Below, piece after piece: positions 1 through 12,181 of a stretch of 64,000 bases of DNA. The notes under the pieces were generated by a model that was not told the DNA's origin, made no database searches, and saw only the letters and a program-made list of their open reading frames with translations. The translations under genes and the position numbers were made by a program. The stretch's first letter is position 1. The number at the start of each line of letters is the position of its first letter. The stretch comes from the human T2T-CHM13v2.0 reference genome, Homo sapiens: the NCBI RefSeq assembly GCF_009914755.1, contig NC_060928.1. One strand, written 5' to 3'.

Positions 1-19
1 TATCCCACACAATTCAAGT

Positions 20-155
20 TGCTATTACCTTAGTCTTCATTTTATAAATGAGAAGGCTTATATGTAATAAGGTTAAATAGCCTTCTCAATATCATAGATT
101 CCATATGAGATTATACCTCAATTTCAACATAAGTAAAATAATCTGAGCCCATGAG
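20..155 (-). mobile_element. MIR SINE fragment (degenerate)
   Basis: cattttataaatgagaagg...aaggttaaatagcc resembles the reverse-complement MIR core (cattttacagatgaggaaactgagg...aggttaagtaacttgccc). Confidence 0.55.
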
Positions 156-2951
156 CCTAATTATCATCCTATCTACTACACCCAAAACTATAGATCTTTT
201 TGTATAAATAATACTAATATCAACTTTATAGCATTTTTAAAAATATCTGTATGACCAAAAAGAAAATAGATGTAAATAATGTCTTGAGTTTTCAAGTTAA
301 TAAATTTACTAAAATACTCTTAAAAGTAGAATAATACAAATATTTTATTGTCAAAACTATTTTTACATTTTACAATTATTAAAGGAGATAAACTGTTTTA
401 CTGAAACTTTTATTATGTCATATTTTAAAAGAGAAATAGTAAATCTCAGAAACTTTGACAGCAATAATCATAATCTAAGATGTGTAAACTATAATGAAAT
501 CTGTTATTCAATTATAATCCTGATAAACATCCTCAAGTGATAGTGGAAAGTTATAGATTTCTAGGAGATCATCTAGTTTGCTATGTTGCTCTCCACTCTT
601 AAGTTAAATACAGCTTTCATGAACTTGATGAAGGAGTATTAAATGGTTATTTTGTTTCAAATAAAATCTTGGTACTTTAGAAAAACTTTTAACATTTTTT
701 AAACTGCATATACAGTGGCATAAACCATGTTTTCGAGAAAAATTTTGAAAATTTGTTGGCCAATCAATTATTTGACTTTTTCAAAGCACAATATATTTGG
801 CAGCTTCCTGAACCATTCCATGCTTTGACTTAGCCAGTGTGAATGGATTATAGATGTCTTGCCACAACTTTGTCCTCTAATGTGGAAAATTTGATTGTTG
901 TTTTACTAGTAGACTTACCTAATGCACACAATGTGTCCAAAGTGAGCCTATAAGAAAGTATTAAAAAAAAACCTAAATAACTCAGAAGGTAAAACATGAA
1001 AACAACAGCTTGTTTTCATCAAGTCATAAAAATTAAATTATAGAAAGGGGTGAAACTATTTATCCAAACCCTGAACAGAGGAATACAGTTCAAAATAACA
1101 ATAATGTAGAAATAGATCAAATTTAGCATACATAAATACGGAGATATAGTGAGATGAATATATTTTGACAGTGGGAATTGGTACTTAGGAAAATTACTTG
1201 GAAGTATGTAGCAAGAATTTCTAAAATGTGTTGTTTTCTTTTTTTCTTTTTGAACCAGTAATTTCAATTCCTGAAGACATAATATGTAGGATGGTTGAGG
1301 AAATATCTCAGTATCTTGACAAAGGTGCTCTTACCAATGTTACATATAAAGTGAAATATTGTAAATAACCTATTGAGGTTCAACAATAAAAGAGAACATA
1401 AAATAAAAGGTGAGCATTTGAGTAACACTTGTAAATACTTAGAAGTTGTGCTGCTATAATGTGAAATGGTAAACATAGAGATATAAAATTTTATATGTAC
1501 CAACTTTTTAAAAATGTTATCAGAAATTATTGGCTATTAAAACACCAAAATATTAGTTGTAATTGCTTCTGGGTAATGAGATTATATGTACTTGTAATTT
1601 TATCCTTACATTTTCTGTGTATCCAAAACTTTTCAAAGTAAGAACAAGTCACTCTTATATAATAATAAAAGAAAATTTCAAAATTAAAAATATACACACA
1701 TATACACAATTATTTTTAACTAGAGAAATTCAGGAGCAACTAAATTTTAAAACACCCAAAAGAATATTTTCTGTGAGTTATTGACATTCTTTGATTGGCA
1801 CAATACAGATTTGAACATCTTTCATAATATTTACACATTTTACTTATATTTCCCTTGTTTGTGGACTATAATGGACTATACTTAATAGACTATAAACATG
1901 TTTAGCACAGTGATAGCACAACCTCTATGGTCTATCTGCTCTCATTATGTTCTCAGCCAATAATTGTTACATTGAAATTTGGAATTAAATATATTGGCTA
2001 CAGTACTAATTCTGAATACCATTTCAATAGATGTTTGGGCAGCACATAATCACTGTTCTGCAATTTCTAGCCTTTCACTTTGATAGCTTGCAGAAGGAAA
2101 CACTGCTAGGTTTAATTATTTCTTTCCTATTGTGGAGAACATTTTTTTCAGGCATATCAACCACAAAAAACTTACCATCTTTCTGAGAAATTCATTGAAC
2201 TAGTAGAGTTTCAGATGTCATAATAGCATATATCTTCCTCTGAAGGCTATGTTGAATTGTGCAAAAAATCCTGAATCTTTGCAATTCTTTTCCCCAATAG
2301 AGGGAATTTAGGGACAGTGGTGAACATAAATGTATATTAATTGTTCTATACTAATGTCAAAGAGGACAGTTCTACATTGAAAAGGGTATTTGGGCTGAGT
2401 TTGATCTTAATTCTTTTTAGTAGATTCTCATTGATCTGGTTATGAAGCAATTACTTGACAAGGACATAGGAAACTACAAAAGAGAAGCTCAGCTAATGAC
2501 GGTATAAAGACAGTTCTGATAAGTGGTCAGAAATATGATCAAGGGCAATTTGAGTTACTTTAATCACTCTGTATGGGTTTCTGAATTGTATTAATGATGG
2601 TTACATTCTTGTGTTATTAAGCTTCATTTTATACAGGCAAGTGCATGCCAAGAATGTAGTATACTTAAGTCAAAATATTAAGGGTATAATAATTATATTT
2701 TCTACTTCTATTTATATTATGTATAATTTGCAACCTGCTTTACAACTGTCTAAAATGTATATTTTAATGCTTTTAGGTACTGCTTTAAGCATGTGAAATC
2801 TAAGAAACAAAGCTCATGTAAAATAATACAGATTTTCCTATCAGTGATCAATCAGAATAGATTAAGCCCAATAACATTATTAAATATCTGGCATTTTTAT
2901 TTTGAACATTCTGACGTAACCATAAAAGCTTTCTAATATGGCTTTATATTT

Positions 2952-3381
2952 TATTAGTCAAAATAATTAATTTCTGGCTGCTGTCAAGAACAGCCAAAAT
3001 ATCTTAGTGGATTAAAATAATAAAAGCTTATTTCTCCCTTTCATAATAGTAGGGATAAAGTAGGTTTAAAGTGATGCTCTCGTACGAGAAGGATCCAGGG
3101 ATCCAAGCTACCTGCAGCTTGTGTCTTCAACATCTCTAGGGCTGGATGCAGAATTCTTCATTGGATCCGCTGAATACAGTTGGCAATGATAGCCTATGAC
3201 AGAGAGTAAAGAATGTATTACAGCCAAGTCGATGTATGTAAATCTCTTCTACCCACAGTCCTTTGGCCAAATCATATAGCAAGTAACAAACCACAAGAGG
3301 ACTGCAATTTTTTGAAGTACTGTTTCCAGATACCCATGATGAAAAAGTGGGGTTGTGAGAAATCACCCAATCTCTGTCACA
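2952..3381 (-). mobile_element. Old MaLR LTR (MLT1 family), degenerate
   Basis: gctgctgt...aacagccaaaatatcttagtggattaaaataataaaagcttatttctc start and ...aatctctgtcaca end resemble reverse-strand old MLT1 LTRs. Confidence 0.55.
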
Positions 3382-4214
3382 CATGTTATCTGTTTAGACA
3401 GCCCTTTAATAGTTGACATAAGGGAATTACATAACACATATAGCAAGTTTGAAGAATAGAATATTATTTTATGATAAAATAAAATGTAGACTTCTATTTT
3501 CTTACTTTTTGGCACTTAAAATTGTGAAAATAAAGCTATTCTTTCAGATACCAAATAATACATTCCTCTGAATAATTTTTAAACTTTAAATTTTAATGAG
3601 TGTTGTATACTTTGTTCTACTGTATTATTTACCCTTGATTTAAATTTTGACTCATTTTGTGGCTCAAATAAGATGTATAGAAAAGACACCTTCAATTTAT
3701 ATTAGAAATTCCCCAAATACCTTTACACTGATTTCCAAAATAAGTAGCATCAGCTTCCCAGAGACCTAATGCTAATTTTTATTGATGGCTACCATCAGGA
3801 AATTAGTTAACATTACATTACAAGTTTCATTTTGAAAATCATAGAAAGTAAAAGAATGAGGATGCTGGTGTCATATTGTTATAGAATGCTGAAAAAAAAT
3901 TCCAGGAATATATTCTTGAAACATTTTGTAAATATCAATTGCTTTGGAACTTAATGCAGAAAAGGTAACAAATCATTTTTAGAGAAAAATAATCTCAACA
4001 TTTTCTTTTTCTAAGCTCCATATTTATTTACTATGCAAGAAACTTTATCAGAATGTGTAGTAGATAGTTTCTTAATATAGGTATATTATTTGACATATTT
4101 TCTATAATTATGAATACGATTATTTTATTCTCTCTTTTTTTGCCCTACAAACTAAACAAATTTTTATTTAAATAACGCCAAACTTTTTGAAGACAAAATA
4201 AAACAGATATGCTC

Positions 4215-4425
4215 TCATTCTTTGCTGATGGCCTTCTGGTGCAGTAACCCAGAAGAGTAATTTAACGATATGTAGAAAAAGCCATAAAATCTTGCATATT
4301 TCTTGACTCAATCATTCTGTATTTAGGAATTGCTTAAGCAAATACTTAAGCAGGATGGAAAGCTATTTACACTTAGATGTTCATCACAGCATTGATTGTA
4401 ATAATAAAATATTGGGAGCAGCCTC
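4215..4425 (+). mobile_element. Old L1M 3' region fragment
   Basis: gatgttcatcacagcattgattgtaataataaaatattgggagcagcct matches the L1ME-type 3' motif. Confidence 0.55.
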
Positions 4426-4567
4426 CCTCTGACTTTAAGTAGTCTCCCTTTTCTGTTTTTCCCTTATTTGTGCCCATATGTACTCTCACTCTTCTTGTTA
4501 ATCTTTGTATATACTGTATTGAAATCTCTATTAATATATTTATTCTTGAAGATTTTCTTTCTCTTTT

Positions 4568-4680
4568 GGGCTTTAGAGTCTGTCTATCTGGTTTGAAATG
4601 CTGGTTTCAATGCTAGCTCTGTTGCCCCAAACAAGTTTAATTTCTTCATCTGTAAAACTGGTATAATAGTACCTAGCTAT
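4568..4680 (+). mobile_element. MIR SINE fragment
   Basis: tttcttcatctgtaaaactggtataatagtaccta matches the MIR core. Confidence 0.6.
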
Positions 4681-4714
4681 ACAATTTTTTAAACTTTTAT
4701 TTTGCATTCAATGG

Positions 4715-5125
4715 TGTCAGGCCTCTGAGCCCAAGCTAAGCCATCATATCCCCTGTGACCTGCACGTACACATTCAGATGGCCAGTTCCTGACTTAACTG
4801 ATGACATTCCACCACAAAAGAAGTGAAAATGGCCTGTTCCTGCCTTAACTGATGACATTGTCTTGTGAAATTCCTTCTCCTGGCTCATCCTGGCTCAAAA
4901 GCTCCCTACTGAGCACCTTGTGACACCCACTCCTGCCCGCCAGAGAACAGCCCCCCTTTGACTGTAATTTTCCTTTACCTGCCCAAGTCCTGTAAAACGG
5001 TCCCACCTCTATCTCCCTTCGCTGACTCTCTTTTTGGACTCAGCCCGCCTGCACCCAGGTGATTAAAAGCTTTATTGCTCACACAAAGCCTGTTTGGTGG
5101 TCTCTTCACATGGACATGCATGAAA
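4715..5125 (+). promoter_or_regulatory. HERV-H 5' LTR (LTR7 family)
   Basis: Two copies of the U3 ttcctg(a/c)cttaactgatgacatt repeat, TATA position reading TGTAAAA (4991-4997), ATTAAA polyA signal (5062-5067). Confidence 0.95.
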
Positions 5126-5700
5126 TTTGGTGCTGTGACTTGGATCGGGGGACCTCCCTTGGGAGATCAATCCCCTGTCCTCCTGCTCTTTGCTCCATGA
5201 GAAAGATCCACTTACAACCTCAGGTCCTCAGACCAACCAGCCCAAGAAACGTCTCACCAATTTCAAATCCGGTAAGCGGCCTCTTTTTACTCTCTTCTCC
5301 AACCTCCCTCACTATCCCTCAACCTCTTTCTCCTTTCAGTCTTGGTGCCACACTTCAATCTCTCCCTTCTCTTCATTTCAATTCCTTTCATTTTCTGGTA
5401 GAAACAAAGGAGACACGTTTTACCCGTGGACCCAAAACTCTGGCGCCGGTCATGGACTGGAAAGGCAGCCTTCTCTTGGTGTTTAATCATTGCAGGGACA
5501 CCTCTCTGATTATTCACCCATGTTTCAGGGGTGTCAGACCACACAGGGATGCCTGCCTTGGTCCTTCACCCTTAGCAGCAAGTCCTGCTTTTCTTGGGGA
5601 GAGGCAAGAACCCCAACCCCTTCTCTCTGTGTCTCTACCCCTTCTCCGCTTTTCTAGGGGAGGGGCAAGAACACCTCAACCCCTTCTCCTTCACCCTTAG
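5110..5700 (+). CDS. Putative 196-aa ESRG-like ORF in HERV-H U5/leader (open frame extends to GTG at 5059); translation unproven
   Basis: Uninterrupted frame ...AHTKPVWWSLHMDMHEIWC...DRGTSLGRSIPCPPALCS...TPQPLLLHP, which I recognise as resembling the predicted HERV-H-derived ESRG protein. ATGs at 5110 and 5116. Confidence 0.3.
   Translation: MDMHEIWCCDLDRGTSLGRSIPCPPALCSMRKIHLQPQVLRPTSPRNVSPISNPVSGLFLLSSPTSLTIPQPLSPFSLGATLQSLPSLHFNSFHFLVETKETRFTRGPKTLAPVMDWKGSLLLVFNHCRDTSLIIHPCFRGVRPHRDACLGPSPLAASPAFLGERQEPQPLLSVSLPLLRFSRGGARTPQPLLLHP
5128..5145 (+). other. Primer-binding site for tRNA-His
   Basis: tggtgctgtgacttggat immediately after the 5' LTR; equals the His PBS TGGTGCCGTGACTCGGAT with two CpG transitions. 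Confidence 0.9.
5269..5277 (+). other. HERV-H leader splice donor (CCG|GTAAGC, junction 5271/5272)
   Basis: Strong 5' splice-site match about 145 nt downstream of the 5' LTR, where HERV-H chimeric transcripts commonly splice. Confidence 0.75.
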
Positions 5701-5872
5701 CGGCAAGTCCCACTTTTCTGGGGGAGGGGCAGGAACCCCGACCTCTTATCTCTGCACCCCAATCCCTTATTTCTGCACCCCGACCTCTTAATTCTGTGCT
5801 ACAACCCCTTATTTCCACACCGCGACCCCTTCTCTGCTTTTCTGGAGGGCAAGAACCCCCCACCTCTTCTCC
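5580..5872 (+). repeat. HERV-H leader imperfect repeats (four copies of cttttct-G-run-gcaagaacccc)
   Basis: Units start near 5580, 5645, 5705 and 5833. Confidence 0.8.
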
Positions 5873-5912
5873 GTGTCTCTACTCTCTTTTCTCTGGGCTT
5901 GCCTCCTTCGCT

Positions 5913-7150
5913 ATGGGCAAGCTTCCACCTTCCATTCCTCCTTCTTCTCCCTTAGCCTGTGTTCTTAAGAACTTAAAACCTCTTCAACTCTCACCTGACC
6001 TAAAATCTAAGCATCTTATTTTCTTCTGCGATGCCACTTGACCCCAATACAAACTCAACAGTAGTTCCAAATAGCCAGAAAATGGCACTTTCAATTTTTC
6101 CATCCTACAAGATCTAAATAATTCTTGTCATAAAATAGCCAAACGGTCTGAGGTGCCTGATGTCCAGGCATTCTTTTACACATCGGTCCCTCCCTAGTCT
6201 CTGTTCCCAATGCAACTCCTCCCAAATCTTCCTTCTTTCCCTCCCACCTGTCCCCTCAGTCCCAACCCCAAGTGTCACTAAGTCTTTCTAATCTTCCTTT
6301 TCTACAGACCCATCTGACCTCTCCCCTCCTCACCAGGCTGAGATAGGTCTCAATTCTTCCTCAGGCTCCACTCCTCCACCCTATAATCCTTTTATCACCT
6401 CTCCTCACACCCAGTCAGGCTTACAGTTTCATTCCGTGACTAGCCCTCCCCCACCTGCCCAGCAATTTACTCTTAAAAAGGTGGCTGGAGCTAAAGGCAT
6501 AGTCAAGGTTAATGCTCCTTTTTCTTTATCTCAAATCAGATAGTGTTTAGGCTCTTTTTCATCAAACATAAAAATCCAGTCCAGTTCATGGCTCATTTGG
6601 CAGCAACCCTGAGACACTTTACAGCTCTAGACCCTAAAAGGTCAAAAGGCCGTCTTATTCTCAATATACATTTTATTACCCAATCTGCTCCCGACATTAA
6701 ATAAAACTCCAAAAATTAAATTCCAGCCTCAAACCCCACAACAGGACTTAATTAACCTCACCTTCAAGGTGTACAATAATAGAGTAGAGGCAGCCAAGTA
6801 GCAACATATTTCTGAGTTGCAATGCCTTCCTTGCTTCCACTGTGAGACAAACCCCAGCCACATCTCCAGCACACAAGAACTTCCAAACACCTAAACCGCA
6901 GTGGCCAGGTGTTCCTCCAGAACTGCCTCCCCCAGGAACTTGCTACAAGTGCCAGAAATCTGGCCACCAGGCCAAGGAATGCCTGCAGCCCAGGATTCCT
7001 CCTAAGCTGTGTCCCATCTGTGTGGGACCCCACTGGAAATCGGACTGTTCAACTTACCTGGCAGCCACTCCCAGAGCCCCTGGAACTCTGGCCCAAGGCT
7101 CTCTGACTGACTCCTTCCCAGATCTTCTCGGCTTAGCAGCTGAAGACTGA
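5913..7150 (+). pseudogene. gag: HERV-H gag, disrupted
   Basis: Start MGKLPPSIPPSSPLACVLKNLKPL at 5913; two CCHC knuckles CYKCQKSGHQAKEC and CPICVGPHWKSDC; ends AAED*; multiple internal stops. Confidence 0.9.
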
Positions 7151-9900
7151 CACTGCCCGATCGCCTCAGAAGCCCCTTAGACCATCACGGATGCCGAGCT
7201 TTTGGTAACTCTCACAGTGAAGGGTAAGTCTGTCCCCTTCTTAATCAATACAAAGCCTACCCACTCCACATTACCTTCTTTTCAAGGGCCTCTTTCCCTT
7301 GCCTCCATAACTGTTGTGGGTATTGACAGCCAAGCTTATAAACCTCTTAAAACTCCCCAACTCTGGTGCCAACTTAGACAATACTCTTTAATGCACTCCT
7401 TTTTAGTTATCCCCACCTGCCCAGTTCCCTTATTAGGCTGAGACACTTTATCTGCTTCCCTGACTATTCCTGGACTATAGCTACATCTCATTGCCACCCT
7501 TCTTCCCAATCCAAAGCCTCCTTTGCATCCTCCTCTTTTATCCCCCCACCTTAACCCACAAGTATAGGACACCTCTACTCCCTCCTTGGCGACTGATCAT
7601 GCAACCCTTACCATCTCATTAAAACCTAATCACCCTTACCCTGCTCAATGCCAATATCCCATCCCGCAGTGCGCTTTAAAAAGATTAAAGCCTGTTATCA
7701 GTCACCTGTTACAGCATGGCCTTTTAAAGCCTATAAACTCTCCTTACAATTCCCCCGTTTTACCTGTCCTAGAACCAGAAAAGCCTTACAGGTTAGTTCA
7801 GGATCTGAGCCTTATCAACAAAATTGTTTTGCCTATCCACCCCATGGTGCCAAACCCATATACTCTCCTATCCTCAATACCTCCCTCCACAATCCATTAT
7901 TCTGTTTCGGATCTCAAACATGCTTTCTTTACTATTCCTTTGCACCCTTCATCCCAGCCTCTCTTCGCTTTCACTTGGACTGACCCTGACACTCATTAGG
8001 CTCAGCAAATTACCTGGGCTGTACTGCTGCAAGGCTTCACAGACAGCCCCCATTACTTCAGTTAAGCCCAAATTTCATCCTCATCTGTTACCTATCTCGG
8101 CATAATTCTCATAAAAACACATGTGCTCTCCCTGCTGAGCGTGTGTGACTAATCTCCCAAACCTCAATCCCTTACAAAACAACAACTCCTTTCCTTCCTA
8201 GGCATGGTTAGTGTGGTCAGAATTCTTACACTAGGACCAGGACCGCACCCTGTAGCCTTTTTATCCAAACAACTTGACCTTACTGTTTGGCCTAGCCCTC
8301 AAGTCTGCGTGTGGCGGCTGCCACTGCCCTAATACTTTTAGAGGCCCTTAAAATCACAAACTATGCTCAACTCACTCTCTACAGTTCTCATAACTTCCAA
8401 AATCTATTTTCTTCCTCACACCTGACACATATACTTTCTGCTTCCTGGCTCCTTCAGCTGTACTCACTCTTTGTTGAGTCTCCCACATTATTCCGGATAC
8501 CACACCTGACCCTCATGACTGCATCTCTCTGATCCACCTGACGTTCACCCCATTTCCCCACATTTCCATCTTTCATCTTCCTCACCCTGAACACACTTGG
8601 TTTATTGATGGCAGTTCCACCAGGCCTAATCGCCACTCACCAGCAAAGGTAGGCTATGCTATAGTATCTTCCGCATCTGTCATTGAGGCTACTGCTCTGT
8701 CCCCCTCCACTACCTCTCAGCAAGCTGAACTCATTGCCTTAAGTCAAGCCCTCACTCTTGCAAAAGGACTAAACGTCAATATTTATACTGACTCTAAATA
8801 TGCCTTCCATATCCTGCACCATCATGCAAGAGGTTTCCTCACTACGCAAGGGTCCTCTATCAGTAATGCCTCTTTAATAAAAATGCTTCTCAAAGCTGCT
8901 TTACTTCTAAAGGAAGCTAGAGTCATTCACTGCAAAGGCCATTAAAGGGCATCAGATGCCATCGCTCAGGACAATGCTTATGCTGATAAGATAGCTAAAA
9001 AAGCAGCTACCAGTCCAACTTATATCCCTCACTTTCAGTTTTTCTCCTTCACATCGGTCACTCCCACTGATCCTTCACATCCTACTCCCCCGCTGAAACT
9101 TCCACCTATCAATCTTGTCCCACACAAGGCAAATGGTTCTTAGACCAAGGAAAATATCTCCTTCCAGCCTCACAGGCCCATTCTATTCTGTCGTCATTTC
9201 ATAACCTCTTCCACGTAGGTTACAAGCTGCTAGCCCGTCTCTTAGAACCTCTCATTTCCTTTCCATCCTGGAAAACTATCCTCATGGAGATCACTTCTCA
9301 GTGTTCCATCTGCTATTCTACTACCCCTCAGGGATTGTCCAGGCCCCCTCCCTTTCCTACCCATCAAGCTCGGGGATTTGTCCCTGCCCAGGACTGGCAA
9401 ATTGACTACTCACATGCCCCAAGTAAGAAAACTAAAATATCTCTTAGTCTAGGTAAACACTTTCACTGGATAGGTAGAGGCCTTTCCTACAAGGTCTGAG
9501 AAGGCCACCGCGGTCATTTCTTCCCTTCTGTCAGACATAATTCCTCGGTTTGGCCTTCCCACCTCTATACAGTCCTATAACAGATCAGCCTTTATTAGTC
9601 AAATCAGCCAAGCATTTTTTCAGGCTCATGGTATTCAGTGAAACCTTTATATCCCTAACAGTCCTCAGTCTTCAGGAAAGATAGAACAGACTAATGGTCT
9701 TTTAAAAACACACCTCACCAAGTTCATCCACCAACTTAAAAAGGACTACACAATACTTTTATCACTTTCCCTTCTCAGAATTCAGGCCTGTCCTCGGAAT
9801 GCTACAGGGTACAGTCCATTTGAGCTCCTGTTTAGATGCTCCTTTTTATTAGGCCCCAGTCTCATTCCAGACACCAGACCAACTTGGACTGTGCCCCAAA
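7151..9900 (+). pseudogene. pol: HERV-H pro-pol, disrupted with deletions
   Basis: Protease FLINTKPTHS (catalytic D replaced by N), RT PYNSPVLPV...YRLVQDL...DLKHAFFTIPL, RNase H WFIDGSS (~8598) and VNIYTDSKYAF (~8774), integrase DWQID (~9392); stops and frameshifts throughout. Confidence 0.92.
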
Positions 9901-10460
9901 AAACTTGTCATCCCTACTTCTTCTGTCTAGTCATACTCCTATTCACCATTCTCAACTACTCATACATGCTCTGCTTTTGTTTACACTGCCGGTTTACACT
10001 GTTTCTCCAAGCCATCACAGCTGATACCTCCTGGTGCTATCCCCAAACTGCCACTCTTAACTCTTAAAGTAAATAAATAATCTTTGCTGGCAGGACTATG
10101 CTGAATCTCCTTAAGCACTCTCTAATTAGATGTCCTGGGTCTTCCCAATTCTTAGACCTTTAATACCTGTTTTTCTCCTTCTCTTATTCCGTTTAGTTTT
10201 CCAATTCATACAAAACCGTATCCAGGCCATCACCAATAATTCTATATGACAAATGTTTCTTCTAAAAACCCCACAATATCACCCCTTACCACAAAATCTT
10301 CCTTCAGCTTAATCTCTCCCACTCTAGGTTCCCATGCCGCCCCTAATCCCGCTTGAAGCAGCCCTGAGAAACATCACCCATTATCTCTCCATACCACCCC
10401 CCAAAATTTTCGCCGTCCCAACACTTTACCACTATTTCATTTTATTTTTCTTATTAATAT
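9900..10460 (+). pseudogene. env: HERV-H env remnant (mostly deleted) and 3' untranslated region
   Basis: Only ~560 bp lie between integrase and the PPT, consistent with the env-deleted HERV-H class. Confidence 0.6.
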
Positions 10461-10473
10461 AAGAAGACAGGAA

Positions 10474-10882
10474 TGTCAGGCCTCTGAGCCCAAGCTAAGC
10501 CATCATATCCCCTGTGACCTGCACGTACACATCCAGATGGCCGGTTCCTGACTTAACTGATGACATTCCACCACAAAAGAAGTGAAAATGGCCTGTTCCT
10601 GCCTTAACTGATGACATTGTCTCATGAAATTCCTTCTCCTGGCTCATCCTGGCTCAAAAGCTCCCTACTGAGCACCTTGTGACCCCCACTCCTGCCCGCC
10701 AGAGAACAACCCCCCTTTGACTGTAATTTTCCTTTACCTGCCCAAATCTTGTAAAACGGTCCCACCCCATCTCCCTTGCTGACACTCTTTTTGGACTCAG
10801 CCTGCCTGCACCCAGGTGATTAAAAGCTTTATTGCTCACACAAAGCCTGTTTGGTGGTCTCTTCACACTGATGCGCATGAAA
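10474..10882 (+). promoter_or_regulatory. HERV-H 3' LTR (LTR7 family)
   Basis: Direct repeat of 4715-5125 with about 18 differences by manual alignment; preceded by the PPT. Confidence 0.95.
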
Positions 10883-12181
10883 ATGGTATATGTGCAGGTT
10901 TGTTATATAGATAAATTACATATCACAGGCATTTGGTGTCCAAATTATTTTGCCACCCAGGTAATAAGCATAGTACCCAACAGGTACTTTTTCAATGCTC
11001 ACCCTCTTACCTCCACCCACCTTCAAGGAGTCTCCCATGTCTGTTGTTCCCTTATTTGTTTTCATATGTACTTTCACCCTTCTTTCAAATATTTGTATAT
11101 ACTATATTTGGATATCTATGGATACAAAGATTTTCTTTCTCTTTTGCCAGGTTATTCTACTGATTTATTCAAAGCACATTGTTTACGTTCATTGAAATTT
11201 CATTTTAAATGCCTTTTTATTGGTGATCATATACAACAATTTTCTATTCTAAGAAAAAATTTTCTCCATATAAATTAAAATATAATTAATTGATGATTAT
11301 GAGTAAAAAGTAGGAAACTATGAATGAAACTACAGATGGCTTCAAATTTATTTCTTAAAGTAACTCCAATTTGATTTCTTTATTGAATTCAGAGTAAATA
11401 AATAGATTAGTGGTATTCTCCTTTCAATATTTTATAAAATGCTTGACTCACTCCTGACATTTTTTGTGTTATTTCCCTTCCAAGTGTGATTTGTCATTGG
11501 TGCTATAAAGGAATGTGATCACTTGGGTTGGAAATGACTTAATTTGAATAGTATGCATAAATGTTTCAAATGCAAGTATCCTTCCATTGAAACAACATTT
11601 AAATAAAAATTAGAGAAATATGGCTTAGAGGATAATTATTGCCATATGAATGAAGTTGAATAAAGAATGAGAGAAGGAATCTGTTTGTCAGCCTAACTCA
11701 TAATTTCAATATTGGGCATTAGCATTCATTGGATTTGTTACTAAATGACAAGGGATGAATTGAAAACATTTACATTTTGGTAAGCAGTATCAATTAATTG
11801 ACAACATACATAAACACATGAATATCTGAAATTGCTGAATTCCAGAAAATATTTTGATGCTTCTTTTGGGGTTCATCTATTAGAAAATATAAAAATGCCT
11901 CTTTATAACTTTCTGTTTCTTCATTTGAATAAAGCAGGAAACTGATTTCCATCAAATAAGTTGGCTGCAATGAAATACTTAATTTGGAGAATTGAATTAG
12001 CAACAACATAGTAGAGCACTACCAGAGAAGAAAAACACCTTAAATGACAATCGGTAGCTATAAGTTATAGCAGAAAATAAATATCTGATTATTCTCATAG
12101 TTTTCATTACAAAAACATATTAATAATTAAAGATGATGTGAAAAATGCAAATAGTTTATCACTAAGGAACAACTGCATAGG

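Larger units (their letters stand above)
4715..10882 (+). mobile_element. HERV-H provirus with two LTR7-family LTRs, internally deleted and non-coding
   Basis: Paired ~410-bp LTRs (tgtcaggcctctgagcccaagc...catgaaa), tRNA-His PBS, PPT aagaagacaggaa (10461-10473), gag/pro/pol remnants, TSD (a)atgg at 4710-4714 and 10882-10886. Confidence 0.97.
4685..11071 (-). mobile_element. Short L1PA15/16-like 3'-end fragment (4685-4714 plus about 10887-11071) split by the HERV-H insertion
   Basis: Rejoined flanks read aacttttattttgcattcaatggtatatgtgcaggtttgttatatag...ttttgccacccaggtaataagcatagtaccc, the reverse-complement 3' end of old L1PA. The same sequence type occurs at 57087-57300. Confidence 0.8.

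Noticed and set aside
5580-5872. Spaced repeats as a CRISPR-like array
   Set aside because: Degenerate units with irregular, related spacers inside the HERV-H leader of a primate genome; no cas genes.
6842-7999. Gag zinc-knuckle, protease and RT ORFs as functional proteins
   Set aside because: Short pieces between stops; protease lacks the catalytic Asp and no YxDD motif is evident after the RT fragment.
10832-11278. 148-aa ORF
   Set aside because: TTG start; runs across LTR U5, antisense L1 3' UTR and AT-rich DNA; no recognisable protein.
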